DNA from: Octopus sinensis
Taxonomy: Eukaryota
Length of the DNA: 64,000 bases
Direction: 5' to 3'
Assembly (NCBI RefSeq): GCF_006345805.1
Contig: NC_042997.1
Location: 153,636,001-153,700,000 of the forward strand
The notes below the pieces were generated by a model. The model was not told where the DNA came from. It ran no database searches and saw only the letters and a list, made by a program, of their open reading frames with translations. This document shows positions 13,681 through 26,519 of this stretch, in pieces (within the stretch, counting starts at the first letter, position 1; the number at the start of each line of letters is the position of its first letter). A program made the position numbers and the translations under genes.

Positions 13681-13897
13681 CTCTTTTACTCTTTTACTTG
13701 TTTCAGTCATTTGACTGCGGCCATGCTGGAGCACAACCTTTAATCGACCAACTCGACCACGGGACTTATTCTTTGTAAGCCCAGTACTTATTCTATCGGT
13801 CTTTTTTGTCGAACCGCTAAGTTACGGGGACATAAACACACCAGCATCGGTTGTCAAGCAATGCTAGAGGGACAAACACAGACACACAAACATACCA

Positions 13898-13936
<39 letters not shown>

Positions 13937-14160
13937 CACACACCACACACACCCACACACATATATATAATATATATTAATTATAATATATATATATACA
14001 TATAGACGACGGGCTTCTTTCAGTTTCCGTCTACCAAATCCACTCACAAGGCTTTGGATGGCCCGAGGGCTATAGTAGAAGACACTTGCCCAAGGTGCCA
14101 CGCAGTGGGACTGAACCCGGAACCCATGTGGCAGGTAAGCAAGCTACTTACCACCAACCA
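13681..14160 (-). mobile_element. SINE family A
   Basis: Full head and body homologous to 1-400, with an internal (CA)n/(TA)n. Confidence 0.85.
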
Positions 14161-14339
14161 CACATATAATATATGCATATACATATAATAACATATATAT
14201 ACATATATATACATATATATATACATATATAATACATATATATTACACACACACACACATATATATATATGTATATATATATGTATATTATATATATATG
14301 TATATATATATATGTATTTATATATATATGTATATTATG

Positions 14340-14371
<32 letters not shown>

Positions 14372-14380
14372 TATTATGTG

Positions 14381-14420
<40 letters not shown>

Positions 14421-14437
14421 TATGTATGATATATATG

Positions 14438-14503
<66 letters not shown>

Positions 14504-14819
14504 TATATAATTGTGTATATATATATATATATGTATATATATATACATATATATACATATATATATATACATATATATATAATATACACACATATATATA
14601 TATATTGTGTATATATATGTATTATATATAATGTATATATATATGTATATATATTATATATATATATATGTATATATATATATTGTATATATATATGTGT
14701 ATATATATGTATATATATATATGTATATATATATTGTGTATATATATATGTATATAATATATTATATAATATATGTATATATGTATATATATATATGTAA
14801 TATATATGTGTATATATGT

Positions 14820-14857
<38 letters not shown>

Positions 14858-14910
14858 AATATATATATATATATGTATTTTTTATATATATATATATATA
14901 CACACACACA
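14160..14910. repeat. Compound (TA)n/(TG)n microsatellite
   Basis: Visible degenerate dinucleotide array. Similar arrays lie at 3845-4044, 5940-6215, 17105-17342, 17815-18095, 22196-22860, 27790-28450, 40870-41515, 42687-43050 and 52160-52375. Confidence 0.95.
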
Positions 14911-14912
14911 TA

Positions 14913-15019
14913 TGTGTATTAATAATATTTACTGAATCTCAGTTTTTTATGCGCTAAACCACTGGTGTTAAATTGATCTTATTAAATTAATAGACAATTT
15001 TTTCACCCTCATTTTGATT
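14913..15019 (+). repeat. Fragment of the 34942-35872 element family
   Basis: Near-identical to 35336-35443 (TATTAATAATATTTACTGAATCTCAG...CACCCTCATTTTGATT). Confidence 0.85.
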
Positions 15020-15099
15020 ATATATATATATATATGTGTGTGAGTGTGTGTGTTGTGTGTGTGTGTGTACGTATGTATGTATATAAATATATATATATG

Positions 15100-15192
<93 letters not shown>
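15100..15192 (+). repeat. (TAGA)n tetranucleotide microsatellite
   Basis: Perfect array. Confidence 0.98.
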
Positions 15193-15193
<1 letters not shown>

Positions 15194-15625
15194 TTGTTTC
15201 ATTCTTTTTTTACTTGTTTCGTGCACATCGACCCAGGACTTATTTTTTGCAAGACTAGTACTTATTTTATCGGTCTCTGTTGCCGAACGGAGACGCAAAC
15301 ACGCCAGCATCGGTGGTCAAGCGATGTGAGGGACACAAAACACAACACATACACACACATGTAATACATACATAATACATATATATATATATATATTATA
15401 TATATATATATATATATATCCTATATATATATATATATACTAAGCAATTAAGGTTTAGCAACGAATTGCCTCACCACACACCGAATTTAGAAATAGCAGT
15501 CAAAGAGTTATAGCTATTCTTTCTACTAAAAGGGAGATCTCAGTAAAAACACAGCACTTGAAAGGCAAACACAGACAGGTAAGAGAGAATGAAATGACGG
15601 CAATCTATCATACAATTTTAAGTTA

Positions 15626-15717
15626 CCTACGGACGTACGTTTCGAAATCAAGTTTTAGGAAAGCATAAGAATTAGAAAATTCTACCTTACCCAAACTTCT
15701 TTTCTCATCGGCGTAGG
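15626..15717 (-). ncRNA. Type I hammerhead motif with a core variant (CCGAUGA)
   Basis: CCUACG-CCGAUGA-GAAA...UUUC-GAAAC-GUAC-GUC-CGUAGG. Perfect 6-bp helix I, palindromic ACGUACGU helix III, U4C core change. Confidence 0.72.
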
Positions 15718-15885
15718 ATACTACAATTATGAATAATTATTTAAATTTTTTTTTTTTTTTCGTTGCTAAACCCTTAATTGCTTAGTATTACTTAAATTTT
15801 CCTCGAATGAGGCTTTTACATGCCGAAATCTACTTGGTGTAATTAATAATTATTCCAAATTAATTAATTTCACCCTTTATTGTTA

Positions 15886-15943
<58 letters not shown>

Positions 15944-15944
<1 letters not shown>

Positions 15945-16669
15945 CTAGCATTAAAGACCCGTCGTTGCCGGGTCATAGTGCTAGTGCATGTATATATGTG
16001 TATATATATGTGTACATATTACATGTACATCTATATATATACATCTACACTTAAAATGCAAACTACAAAGTTATATCTTGATATCGCTCGTGATAACAAT
16101 ACTCAAAATATATTACAGACTGGAATTGTTAGCTCTTCTTTTTTCTCTACATTGTATACTTTATAAACAATAGTCTTTTCTTTAATTTAATTTTTTATTA
16201 TCCATCTGGACTATTCTATTTCTGCACGCTAATTTTATTTTTAATTTATTCCCATTCATGTGAAACCACTTATTCAAGTTCAAATCATTGATGCGATTTT
16301 ATACCAATTGCTATTTTAACTTTTGCTATGTTACGATTATATTATACTTTAGTTTGATTTTAATTATTACTTACTACATATAATTCAATTGTTATTATTA
16401 TTTTTATTGTTAAAGTGAAAGCATCTAACATAAAATAGAGAAATATTTTTGTTTCACTTTTAACACGAAATACTGAAATAGTGGAGAAGATATGATATTG
16501 CTATGGGCTCGCTCTAGGCAAGAAGTTGAACATTTTTTTGCCGATGACACTCCCCGGACCCTAAGTATGGCATGTGTAAAATTTGAATGAAATTGGTTGT
16601 GTAGTTCTCAAGTTTTAGGGAAACCACACAGACAGACAGACAACACACTTCTCAGTTTTATATATATAA

Positions 16670-16673
<4 letters not shown>
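15944..16673 (+). mobile_element. Helentron/DINE-1 (HINE)-like non-autonomous element
   Basis: 5' ACTAG..ACCCG-TCGTTGC-CGGGT short palindrome; 3' (CAGA)n tract and TTTTATATATATAAAGAT end, an organisation typical of DINE/HINE elements. Confidence 0.55.
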
Positions 16674-16715
<42 letters not shown>

Positions 16716-16768
16716 TAATATATATATAGATATTATATATATACATATATATATACATATATACATGA

Positions 16769-16799
<31 letters not shown>

Positions 16800-16817
16800 T
16801 ATAACATATATACATGA

Positions 16818-16851
<34 letters not shown>

Positions 16852-16948
16852 CATATAAAATATTATTAGAGACAAAACCACTATTTTGCAAAAACACAAG
16901 GAAAGACTTAATCAATACATAAATTTTAATAAATAGTCAAAAAAAACC

Positions 16949-16993
16949 GCCACTACAATCGTTTCTTGTCTTGATCGACAATCTTCAGGTGAC
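16949..16993 (-). ncRNA. Minimal 45-nt Type I hammerhead ribozyme motif
   Basis: GUCAC-CUGAAGA-UUGUC-GAUCAA-GACAA-GAAAC-GAUU-GUA-GUGGC. Helices I and II fully paired; helix III self-complementary as a dimer with G-U pairs. Confidence 0.82.
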
Positions 16994-17261
16994 TTCCAAT
17001 AATTCAGTGTCAAATTATATATACATTATATATACATATATACATATATACATGGCCTGGGCCAATAATGGCCGAAACCTATCAAAGTATCAAAGTATCA
17101 AAGTAATTTATGTATATATATATATATAATATATATTTATGTATAATATATATATATATATATCTATATAATATATATATATATATATATATAGATATAT
17201 ACATATATATATATACATAATATACATATCTATATATATATATAATATATATATACATAAA

Positions 17262-17335
<74 letters not shown>

Positions 17336-17342
17336 TAAATAT

Positions 17343-17800
17343 AACTTGATACTTGATACTTTGATAGTTTCGGCCATTATTGGCCCAGGCCATGTCTAAC
17401 TTAATAGCACCCACCTGGTGAAGTCTTTCAAGTCAGAATTTGGCACTATGGCCCACTCAAGTAGAGAGTTATTGTTTACAGAGACATATCCGGGGGTAGG
17501 GGGTTTATACCGGGATTTCTTGAAGGAATCTGTCCAAGACTTCTTGAACCCTATAGGGTCAGTTTCTTTTTTATGTGTTTTTGGTGTGATGTTAAAGAGA
17601 GCGGGCCAATTGAGGTGAAATAATTGTGCCGTATTGTTGTTATGCGATGAGAGTGCGATTTTGTTTTGGGCGGATGGCACGGGGCCCAAGCCTTGGATGT
17701 ACCTTAAGGTGATGCCACACTCATTCGGGGCAATGCTGATGGAATATTTTCCACATCATGCAGATGATGTAGCGCTCACGACGACGTTGGAGAGAATAGA
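17343..17800 (-). mobile_element. CR1-like LINE 3' fragment with tail
   Basis: RRRERYII, PALFNITPK and PPTPGY..N.NSLLEWA motifs; tail GACATGGCCTGGGCCAATAATGGCCGAAAC(TATCAAG)n. Confidence 0.85.
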
Positions 17801-18299
17801 GTTTTAGCTTATAGAGTATATATATATATATATCTATATATTATATATAATATATATATAATATATATATATAATATATATATATATATACATAAATATA
17901 TATATATATATATATACATAATATATATATATATATATATATCTATATACATACAATATAGATATACATATATTATATCATATAATATACATAAATATAT
18001 ATATATATATATCTCTATACATAATATATATATATTATATATATATATATATATATAATATATATTATATATATATATATATATATTAACATACAATTAT
18101 GTGTGTGTGCATATACATATATATACGGTCACATATTTTGGGAATTTCTTATACCTGTTAAAATGTCTGTTTTGAGCACTGTTGTTCATATCCTCCCTGA
18201 TAAGATTGATGCATTGCTGAACATTATTCATCATGTTGGCTGTATTTTGAACGCATCAAAACATATGGCGATGATATGAAGACATAAATAGTCTAATAA

Positions 18300-19300
18300 C
18301 ATCGTGAGCGTTTCTCTCCATTTTCAATTTTTCCTATGTTCTAAATACGTCTTGATTCTGCTCGGAATTAAATTCTACACAAATGTGACCATTGAATCTC
18401 AAAGACACTTAAGCAACATTTAGCTACCTTGTAATTATTCCCCCGGATCTTTACTATAAATTGAAGACTCATATATATATAATATATTCCAACGAATACG
18501 GTGAACAAACGAAACCCATTGAGTATGTGCGATCAATAAAGTTTACAACGCTAGCGCTGTTTATAATTCGTTATTGAATATATATACTGTTACTATTATC
18601 AACACCAGCAGCAGTCGAAGTTTCTTAATTTGTAAATCTAAGTTTCACATTTATTCAAATGATTAAATTTGGGAAGAAGCATCACAATATGCAGGCAAAA
18701 ATATTCGAAAGTAAGTCGAAATATGATTACTTAACAATATATGGAGATTTGATTAGCTGCCTATAAAATGTTTTTGAAATGCACCTTACAGTCATCTGTT
18801 CAATTCTCATGCGCAGAATAGTTAGATTTGTGTTTAACACTACTTTACCTAGAATTTTATCTAAGAAATTTATTATGCTGAGATTTATATCTTCTGTAAT
18901 GTTTAAATTTGCCTCATTGATTATATTAAAAACTCTTCTTATACCATCTATATTTTACAAAATAATTAACCATCCATATTTTACAAAATAATTAGTCGAT
19001 TGTCAATGTAAATACCAAATTCTAAAGAACCAAATTTCCTCTGAAGTGAGTTTAAAATGAATAGTTTTACTCATTTATAAAATTCAGTGATATTGTACGA
19101 TCCCATAGTTATATCAGACAATTCCTCTCCACAACGTTTAACCTAAAAAGAATTATTGTAGAAGAATGAGGATCTCCTCGCATGCATAACATGCGAATCC
19201 ATAATTGGATTCCAATCTGAATAAATTACGTTATTCTGTGCTTAACAACTGAGCAGATGAAACGGCAATTTTCTAGCAATTATAGCAACTAATCAAATAT
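18300..19300 (-). pseudogene. Degenerate Penelope-like element RT remnant
   Basis: Minus-strand translation gives LSDITMGSYNITE (cf. FDITMGS.DGAE) and NITEDINLSIINFLD (cf. LxITxxxNxxxxNFLD). Boundaries uncertain. Confidence 0.55.
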
Positions 19301-20460
19301 CGACGTTCTGTTCACTAATCTACTTCGATTATATACGGCTATATCTCTAATATACTGTCACGTTTCATGACAAGTTTAAAAGTTCGAATAATCGGTGATA
19401 ATGGCAATTGTAAAGATATCAATAATGGTTTCGGAATTGTATATAGAGAGTTGAGTTCAATAGAGGTTCCCACATGGTATTTAAAATCTACAGATGATAC
19501 ATAATTTGGTGCATTGGGCAACAAGTCTATAATTAAAAGCCTAATAGAAATCATAATAAAAATATCATTCTAGACAGGAATCGGCTGTAGAATGTGATCA
19601 GTCGTTAATAGAGCAATGTTACATTTTTCTCGATAAGAATGGAATTGATGGAGAACTGTGAATGTTGAATTTAGAAATTGTGAGAAACAGAAGTACAGTA
19701 CTTTCCAATAAGTACAGTTGTTTTTCTTGTTGCTGTTGTTTTGCTATAAGCCAGCCGTGCTCTAGCAGGTTCACTGTCAAAGGTGTTCCAACCGTGACCA
19801 TGCCGTAATTTTTCAAACCGGGGAATCCAGTTTATCAAACGTTTTATTACCGTTTGAAGATTGACGGGCATATGATTTGAGAGAAATTTAGCTATTATTT
19901 TGAGCAAATTGAATGACTGTGGTGCAATTCCCTCATTTCCGTGTTCCGACAAGTGATACTGACAAAAGTAAAATATTTGTATCAAATAAATGTAATGTAA
20001 TCAATGGACTCCCTAATTACTTCGTACCGAGGAGGCACAACCATGTTGAAACAGCTATTACGAATACAGTGCATTAAATGTCTTAAAACGAATCGTTCAA
20101 ATAGTCATCACCAATTAGAATTCTCATCAACAACAAGTGATAACAGGCTTGGAAGCATTAAGCTATCAAAAGAATTATTATATTCTTCATTACTTGACAG
20201 AAATATTTGACAACGCTTTAATGCCAATCAATTATGATATTATATATAGCAAAATCTCGTAATTGGCTGAATATGGCAGACGTTCTGAAAATATAGAAAG
20301 CATCATAAATGCCAGACTCGAATCCTGAATTGATGAGTATGAAATTAATACATGCAAGGTCTTAAATGCACATATAGTCATGTATCCACATAAATGCACA
20401 CGGAGATAAAATGCACACACAGTCATGTATCCACATAAACATTTACTATAACACGCTGTC

Positions 20461-20491
<31 letters not shown>

Positions 20492-20758
20492 TATCCAAGC
20501 ATACATGACGATGTTCTCACGCCATAATCTTGTCATGAAACCACTGAATGAGGTGTGATAATATGTTGCAGCTGACTTTGAAATATTGAACTATTAGTTA
20601 CTACAAGGTTTGTTGGAAACTTGACTCCCAATAAGCTATAATTATTGTATTACCCAATAGTTTTATTACAGATTCCGAGTTCAAATCACACCGAATTCAA
20701 ATTTGCCTTTCATTTTTCTATGACTGATAAAGTAAATCATCCATATTATATTCCAGTC

Positions 20759-20965
20759 TACGAGGGGTGCTGAAAAATTCTTGGCCTTCGGAGTGTCGCG
20801 AAAGGCCTTATTGGAGGCCCAACCTTCCGAGTTCTTTTACAGGGCTTAGCGAAACTGAAGGGCCGCAGCAATCAAGTGTATGAATCTGAAAGAGGAATAT
20901 ATTGAATAAAATCCTCCTGTATTTTCTTTTACCAAAATCCAGGAACTTTTAAGCACCCCTTAGTA
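20759..20965. mobile_element. mariner-derived MITE
   Basis: TA-CGAGGGGTGCTGAAAAATTCTTGG versus CCAGGAACTTTTAAGCACCCCTTAG-TA: imperfect TIRs with TA at each end. Confidence 0.75.
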
Positions 20966-21789
20966 TATATAAGCTCTCAAGAGATCTCTGGCCTGTTGTT
21001 TATGTTAGAAATGATTTACTTTAAAAAGGAAGAAAGATTTTCTCCAATTTTTCAAGCTATTTCCCAAAATACTTTGTTTTGTTGCTGTTATTGTGGTTTA
21101 GTTAGTGGCCTAAAATCAAACGGCTTGTGTAACAGAAGATTGAACCTTTTAATGTTAGTGCTAATGAAATGAGGTGTGATGTTCATAACAGCATCTAAAC
21201 AAAGTGATATTTCGATTAGGAACTAAAGTTGCTTCACCATGCCACAGGAAAAGGTTACCTCTTACTCAACATTAACTGAATGTTAACCAGAACATATGTA
21301 CTGTTATTGTTGTTTAAATACAGCGTAACTCAAGTCCACTCCATTTTTCTCTAGACACTAGAGTCCTGTTTCCGTGAAATTTAACTGCTATTTCTAACAC
21401 GTCTACAGGCCACCAGCAGGCAATTCTGTTGACTCGAGGACATTTAATTAATATTACATGTTACAGGTGGACACAGTTTCGGAAATAACAGATAATGGAC
21501 AATTAACCAAGATATCGACGTTTCGTATCACAGATATTGCAATTTGTCCATAAATAACACCTATATTTAATTTCCAAATGATGCGATCCCTATGTGAAAA
21601 TTTGTAAAGGAATATACACAATGCGTTACTATCGGCAGCGATAGCACTATAAAATTTACAAGAGTTTTTTTCAGCTGAGTGTAAATCCTTTGTGACATTG
21701 GCACAAATAACCTATTTGCTTCATCTATAAGTCAGTTGGTGCAGACACTCCTCGATGGCTGACAAACCAGAAAAAGACATGGTTTTATC

Positions 21790-22195
21790 GTTTAATCTAC
21801 TTCAGTTATTAGACTGTAGCTATGCTGGGGCACCGCCTTGAAGAATTTTAGTCGAACGAATCGACCCTAGTATTTTGGGGTTTTTTATATCTTGATACTT
21901 AATCTATCGGTCTCTTAAGCTGAATCGTTAAGTTACGGGAATGTAAATACACCAACACCGGTTGTCAAGCGGCAGTGGAAGATAAACACGTACACAAGGA
22001 CACACACAGTATCAATTCATTTCGCTTTCTGTCTATATATACACGACGGGGTTTTTTTTCGGTTTCTGTCTACCATATCCACTTACAAGGCTTTGGTCAG
22101 CCCAAGGCTATAGTAGAAGATACGTGCCACGCAGTGGGACTGAACCCCGAATCATGAGGTTGGGAAGCATACCACTTAACACACAGCCACATATA
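21790..22195 (-). mobile_element. SINE family A
   Basis: Homology to 1-400 and 13681-14160. Confidence 0.8.
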
Positions 22196-22204
22196 TATAT
22201 TATA

Positions 22205-22291
<87 letters not shown>

Positions 22292-22334
22292 GTATATATA
22301 TGTATGTAAGTATATATATGTATATATATATATG

Positions 22335-22366
<32 letters not shown>

Positions 22367-22824
22367 TATGTATGTATATATATGTATGTATGTATATATA
22401 TATGTATGTATGTATATATATGTATGTATGTATATATATGTATGTATGTATATATATATATATATGTATGTATATATATATATATGTATGTATGTATATA
22501 TATATGTATGTATGTATGTATATATATATATATATGTATGTATGTATATATATGTATGTATGTATATATATGTATGTATGTATGTATATATATATATGTA
22601 TGTATGTATATATATATGTATGTGTGTATGTATATATATATGTATGTATGTATGTATGTATATATATATGTATGTATGTATATATATATATGTATGTATG
22701 TATGTATATATATATATGTATGTATGTATGTATATATATATGTATGTATGATATATATATATGTATGTATGTATATATATATGTATATATATATATATAG
22801 TATATATATATATATTATAATATA

Positions 22825-22862
<38 letters not shown>

Positions 22863-22981
22863 ACAATCAAGGAACGGCCATAATAGGCCATTCACCCACT
22901 AGAAATAACAGCCAAAGCTTCAACCGCAAAATAACATTAATTCCGCAAACCAGGAGAAAATTAAAAAACATTTACCCTGTA

Positions 22982-23087
22982 ATTTCTTATACGATGCACC
23001 GTTTCATCTACTGTTAATGGTAAACTAACCTGATTAAATTAAATCAAGCCAATCTTCCATAGGCCCTTAGATTCGTCAGTAAGAAAT
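22982..23087 (-). ncRNA. Type I hammerhead ribozyme motif (left arm)
   Basis: Reverse-complement copy of the 23552-23658 motif. Confidence 0.82.
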
Positions 23088-23551
23088 AGCCAGATCGGAA
23101 CAGATATTTTCACGAGGCATTTCTGTCCCTGCCTCGGCAATATCTGACCTAAAATTTTCAAATCATCGCACTCGCGCCAAATTTATCGGCAGCAAATAAA
23201 TATAAGCCGCCGATTCCATTACGGAATCAACCAGAAAATTCATAATTAATCAATATAGGGTGGCAAAAAATTTTGTAGAATTTTTTTGCCACCAGCGCTA
23301 GTGGGAAAAAATTAAATAGTCATAGACCATTATAAGTTCACATCGCTGGTGGCAAAAAAATTCTACAAAATTTTTTGCCACCCTATATGATTAATTATGA
23401 ATTTTCTGGTTGATTCCGTAATGGAATCGGCGGCTTATATTTATTTGCTGCCGATAATTTGGCGCGAGTGCGATGATTTGAAAATTTTAGGTCAGATATT
23501 GCCGAGGCAGGGACAGAAATGCCTCGTGAAAATATCTGTTCCGATCTGGCT

Positions 23552-23658
23552 ATTTCTTACTGACGAATCTAAGGGCCTATGGAAGATTGGCTTGATTTAA
23601 TTTAATCAGGTTAGTTTACCATTAAACAGTAGATGAAACGGTGCATCGTATAAGAAAT
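23552..23658 (+). ncRNA. Type I hammerhead ribozyme motif (right arm)
   Basis: AUUUCUUA-CUGACGA-AUCUA...UAGAU-GAAAC-GGUGCAUC-GUA-UAAGAAAU. Perfect 8-bp helix I and 5-bp helix II base; predicted cleavage after 23650. Confidence 0.85.
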
Positions 23659-23877
23659 TACAGGGTAAATGTTTTTTAATTTTCTCCTGGTTTGCGGAAT
23701 TAATGTTATTTTGCGGTTGAAGCTTTGGCTGTTATTTCTAGTGGGTGAATGGCCTATTATGGCCGTTCCTTGATTGTTGATGTTGAACTTATAAATGGTC
23801 TATGACTATTTAATTTTTTCCCACTAGGCCGCTGGTGGCAAAAAAATTCTACAAAATTTTTTGCCACCCTATATTGA

Positions 23878-23960
<83 letters not shown>

Positions 23961-24023
23961 TACATATATATATATATATAATATATACATATACATATAT
24001 GTATATATATGTGTGTGTGTGTG

Positions 24024-24272
24024 GAGGCGCGTGGCTTAGTTGTTAGAGTGTCAGCATCATGATTGTAAGATTGTGGTTTCGATTCCTGGACCGGGCGACG
24101 CGTTGTGTTCTTGAGAAAAACACTTCATTCCACGTTGGTCCAGTCCACTCAGCTGGCAAAAAATGAGTAACGCTGCGATGGACTGGTGCCCCGTCCAGCT
24201 GGGAAACACATACGCCATTGAGACCGGGAAACCGGGCCCATGAGCCTGGCTAGGCTTTAAAAGGGCGCATTT
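24024..24272 (+). mobile_element. tRNA-derived SINE (family C-like head, different 3' end)
   Basis: GGAGGCGCGTGGCTTAGTTGTTAGAG A-box and GGTTTCGATTCC B-box. Confidence 0.8.
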
Positions 24273-26305
24273 ATTTATTTTATATATATCTATATATATA
24301 TATATATACACACACAAATCTGTATAAATCTTGTTTTGTTTAGACTTTTGTATATATTCTTCGCGATTAAAGATGTTAGAGTAATATTTGTGTTGTATTA
24401 ACTATAGATGAAATGTAGATTTAAACAGATTTCCCTCGTAATTGAAAAAGAGTGGCGACTGTTAGCGAAATGAAATGATAAATGCATTATATATTTACTG
24501 TGAGTAACTGATGTTTGTAAATGTGTAGAAATCCAATTATTCGGGAATTATGGTATTGATTTCATTTTATGAGATTAGAAGAGAACTAAGCAAGTGTTCC
24601 TGTTCAGATTAAGTATGGCAATTGTTTATCGTTTAGAGCAGAGATTTTGCTATACATGTGTAAGTTCTATTAATAGTGTTGGAGATTATTTTATGCTATT
24701 TCCGAATGAGGATACGCGAATATAGTTTGTGCTTCCTACGCTGAAACATGAAAATGTTTCTGTGTTCTATATGCAGCTTTGCATCAAATATTCATTACAT
24801 GCTCAGATTGCACGCAGCATAACTCTAAAAGAAAAAAAATCTACTACATTTATTTGCAATATATTTTTCGTCATGGAAATGTTAATGGTTGCGGCGACAT
24901 AGAAATATGAATTGTTGTTGTTGTTGTTGTTGTTATATATATTCGCAGTAGATAATATTTTTTGCCGTTGGATAATATAAGACGAACCGAAACTTAATAA
25001 AAGAGGAAACGTTTACATTTGAAAATTCTTTGGTCAGATCTAACATGGGACTAAATAGCTACTACAACAGCTTCAACAATGACGATGACGTGTTACAAGT
25101 CTGTAGCTGGAGCAGAAGACACTTGCCCAAGGTGAATCGCAATGAGACTAAACCCGAAACTTTATACAGACATATTAGCTATTAAATGTGTGTCTTTAAA
25201 CGTGCTTGTATATCTCAGCTTGGCAACAAATGTGTATCTCTCAGCTTGTGTTTGTATCGCTCAGTTTTATGTCCCTGTAACTTATTGTTTCGGCAAAAAA
25301 TGACCAAATCTATACCATACTTAAAATAAGAACTATAAGAACTTAAAATAAGGACTATACTTAGAATAAGAACTATACCATACTTAAAATAAGGTCGAGT
25401 TGATCGACCTAAACTCATCAAGATGGTAGGCCTGTATGGCCGTAGTTCAATGACTAAAAGACTTTGTAGAAATAATATCCAAATCCGCCTCAAACCATAC
25501 TCTACTGCATTAAATGAGAAATTAATGCGTTTGATAATGTATTTCTGCATATTCTAGCACTATGAGATGCTCACAGATGAAATGTTTTTGATTATAAAGC
25601 TGACCTATGTTGTTGTTGATGTATTTTACCATAGACCTGCTTAATCTGATCTGACATAGAGATAAACAGCTCGATCAGATATGACACAGGGATAAGTCAT
25701 CCATCAACCAATACACACAAGCATACATACATAGATACATGCGTATAAGAAGTTGGAAGAGATGTAGGGGTTAGAGAAATGAGAGATGGGTTACTGTTAA
25801 AATGAAGCATTGTGAAACACGTGGAAAATCCGTAGTTTACATAAAGGCGATAGCAATGCAGATAGAACATTAATATATAAAATGCCAATAAGAAACATAT
25901 TGAAACATTACTTTAGAAATATTCAATTAACTTTGCTATTTCGAGTTAAAAACTCCTTTACGAAGATTTTAAGGAACAAAAGAGAGATATATAAATTACG
26001 TTCCTTTCTGTTGACATGTCAAATCCTTAAATGGGTTATTTAAATTACCATGCATGTAAATATGTAGAAATTTGAGATGAGGATTGTATTCCATAGAACT
26101 ATTTATATGTGAATGTGTGTTGTGTACGAAATAGATATGAGTATATTTCATAAAAATTCACGGTAGATAATATTTTTTGCCTATTTCTAGTGAATTCTTC
26201 AAAAATTCTTTTACGCATGAAATATTTTATTATGAGAGATATTTTCCTCAGCATTGATGTGTGTGGTGTGTGTGTACTTCTATAATATATATATATACAA
26301 TATAC

Positions 26306-26370
<65 letters not shown>

Positions 26371-26481
26371 CACGTAAATATACAGATATAAGATATATAC
26401 ATTATAAGATATTACATGCATATTACGTTTATACATATATATGCATATATCTATATAAGCTTTACATATGTATCCATATAA

Positions 26482-26519
<38 letters not shown>

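Larger units (their letters stand above)
22859..23882. mobile_element. HHR-bearing non-coding element: 486-nt terminally redundant monomer plus an inverted copy
   Basis: 22859-23297 is the reverse complement of 23344-23781; 23298-23343 is the reverse complement of 23780-23827; 23344-23396 is repeated at 23830-23882. (TA)n on both sides. Confidence 0.85.

Noticed and set aside
23259-23301. Hairpin followed by CTAG, resembling a Helitron 3' end
   Set aside because: Sequence continues identically past CTAG in both copies, there is no TC start, and the HHR explains the element better.
25310-25390. Short tandem ATACTTAAAATAAGAACT repeats
   Set aside because: Irregular minisatellite without spacers; eukaryotic context, not CRISPR.
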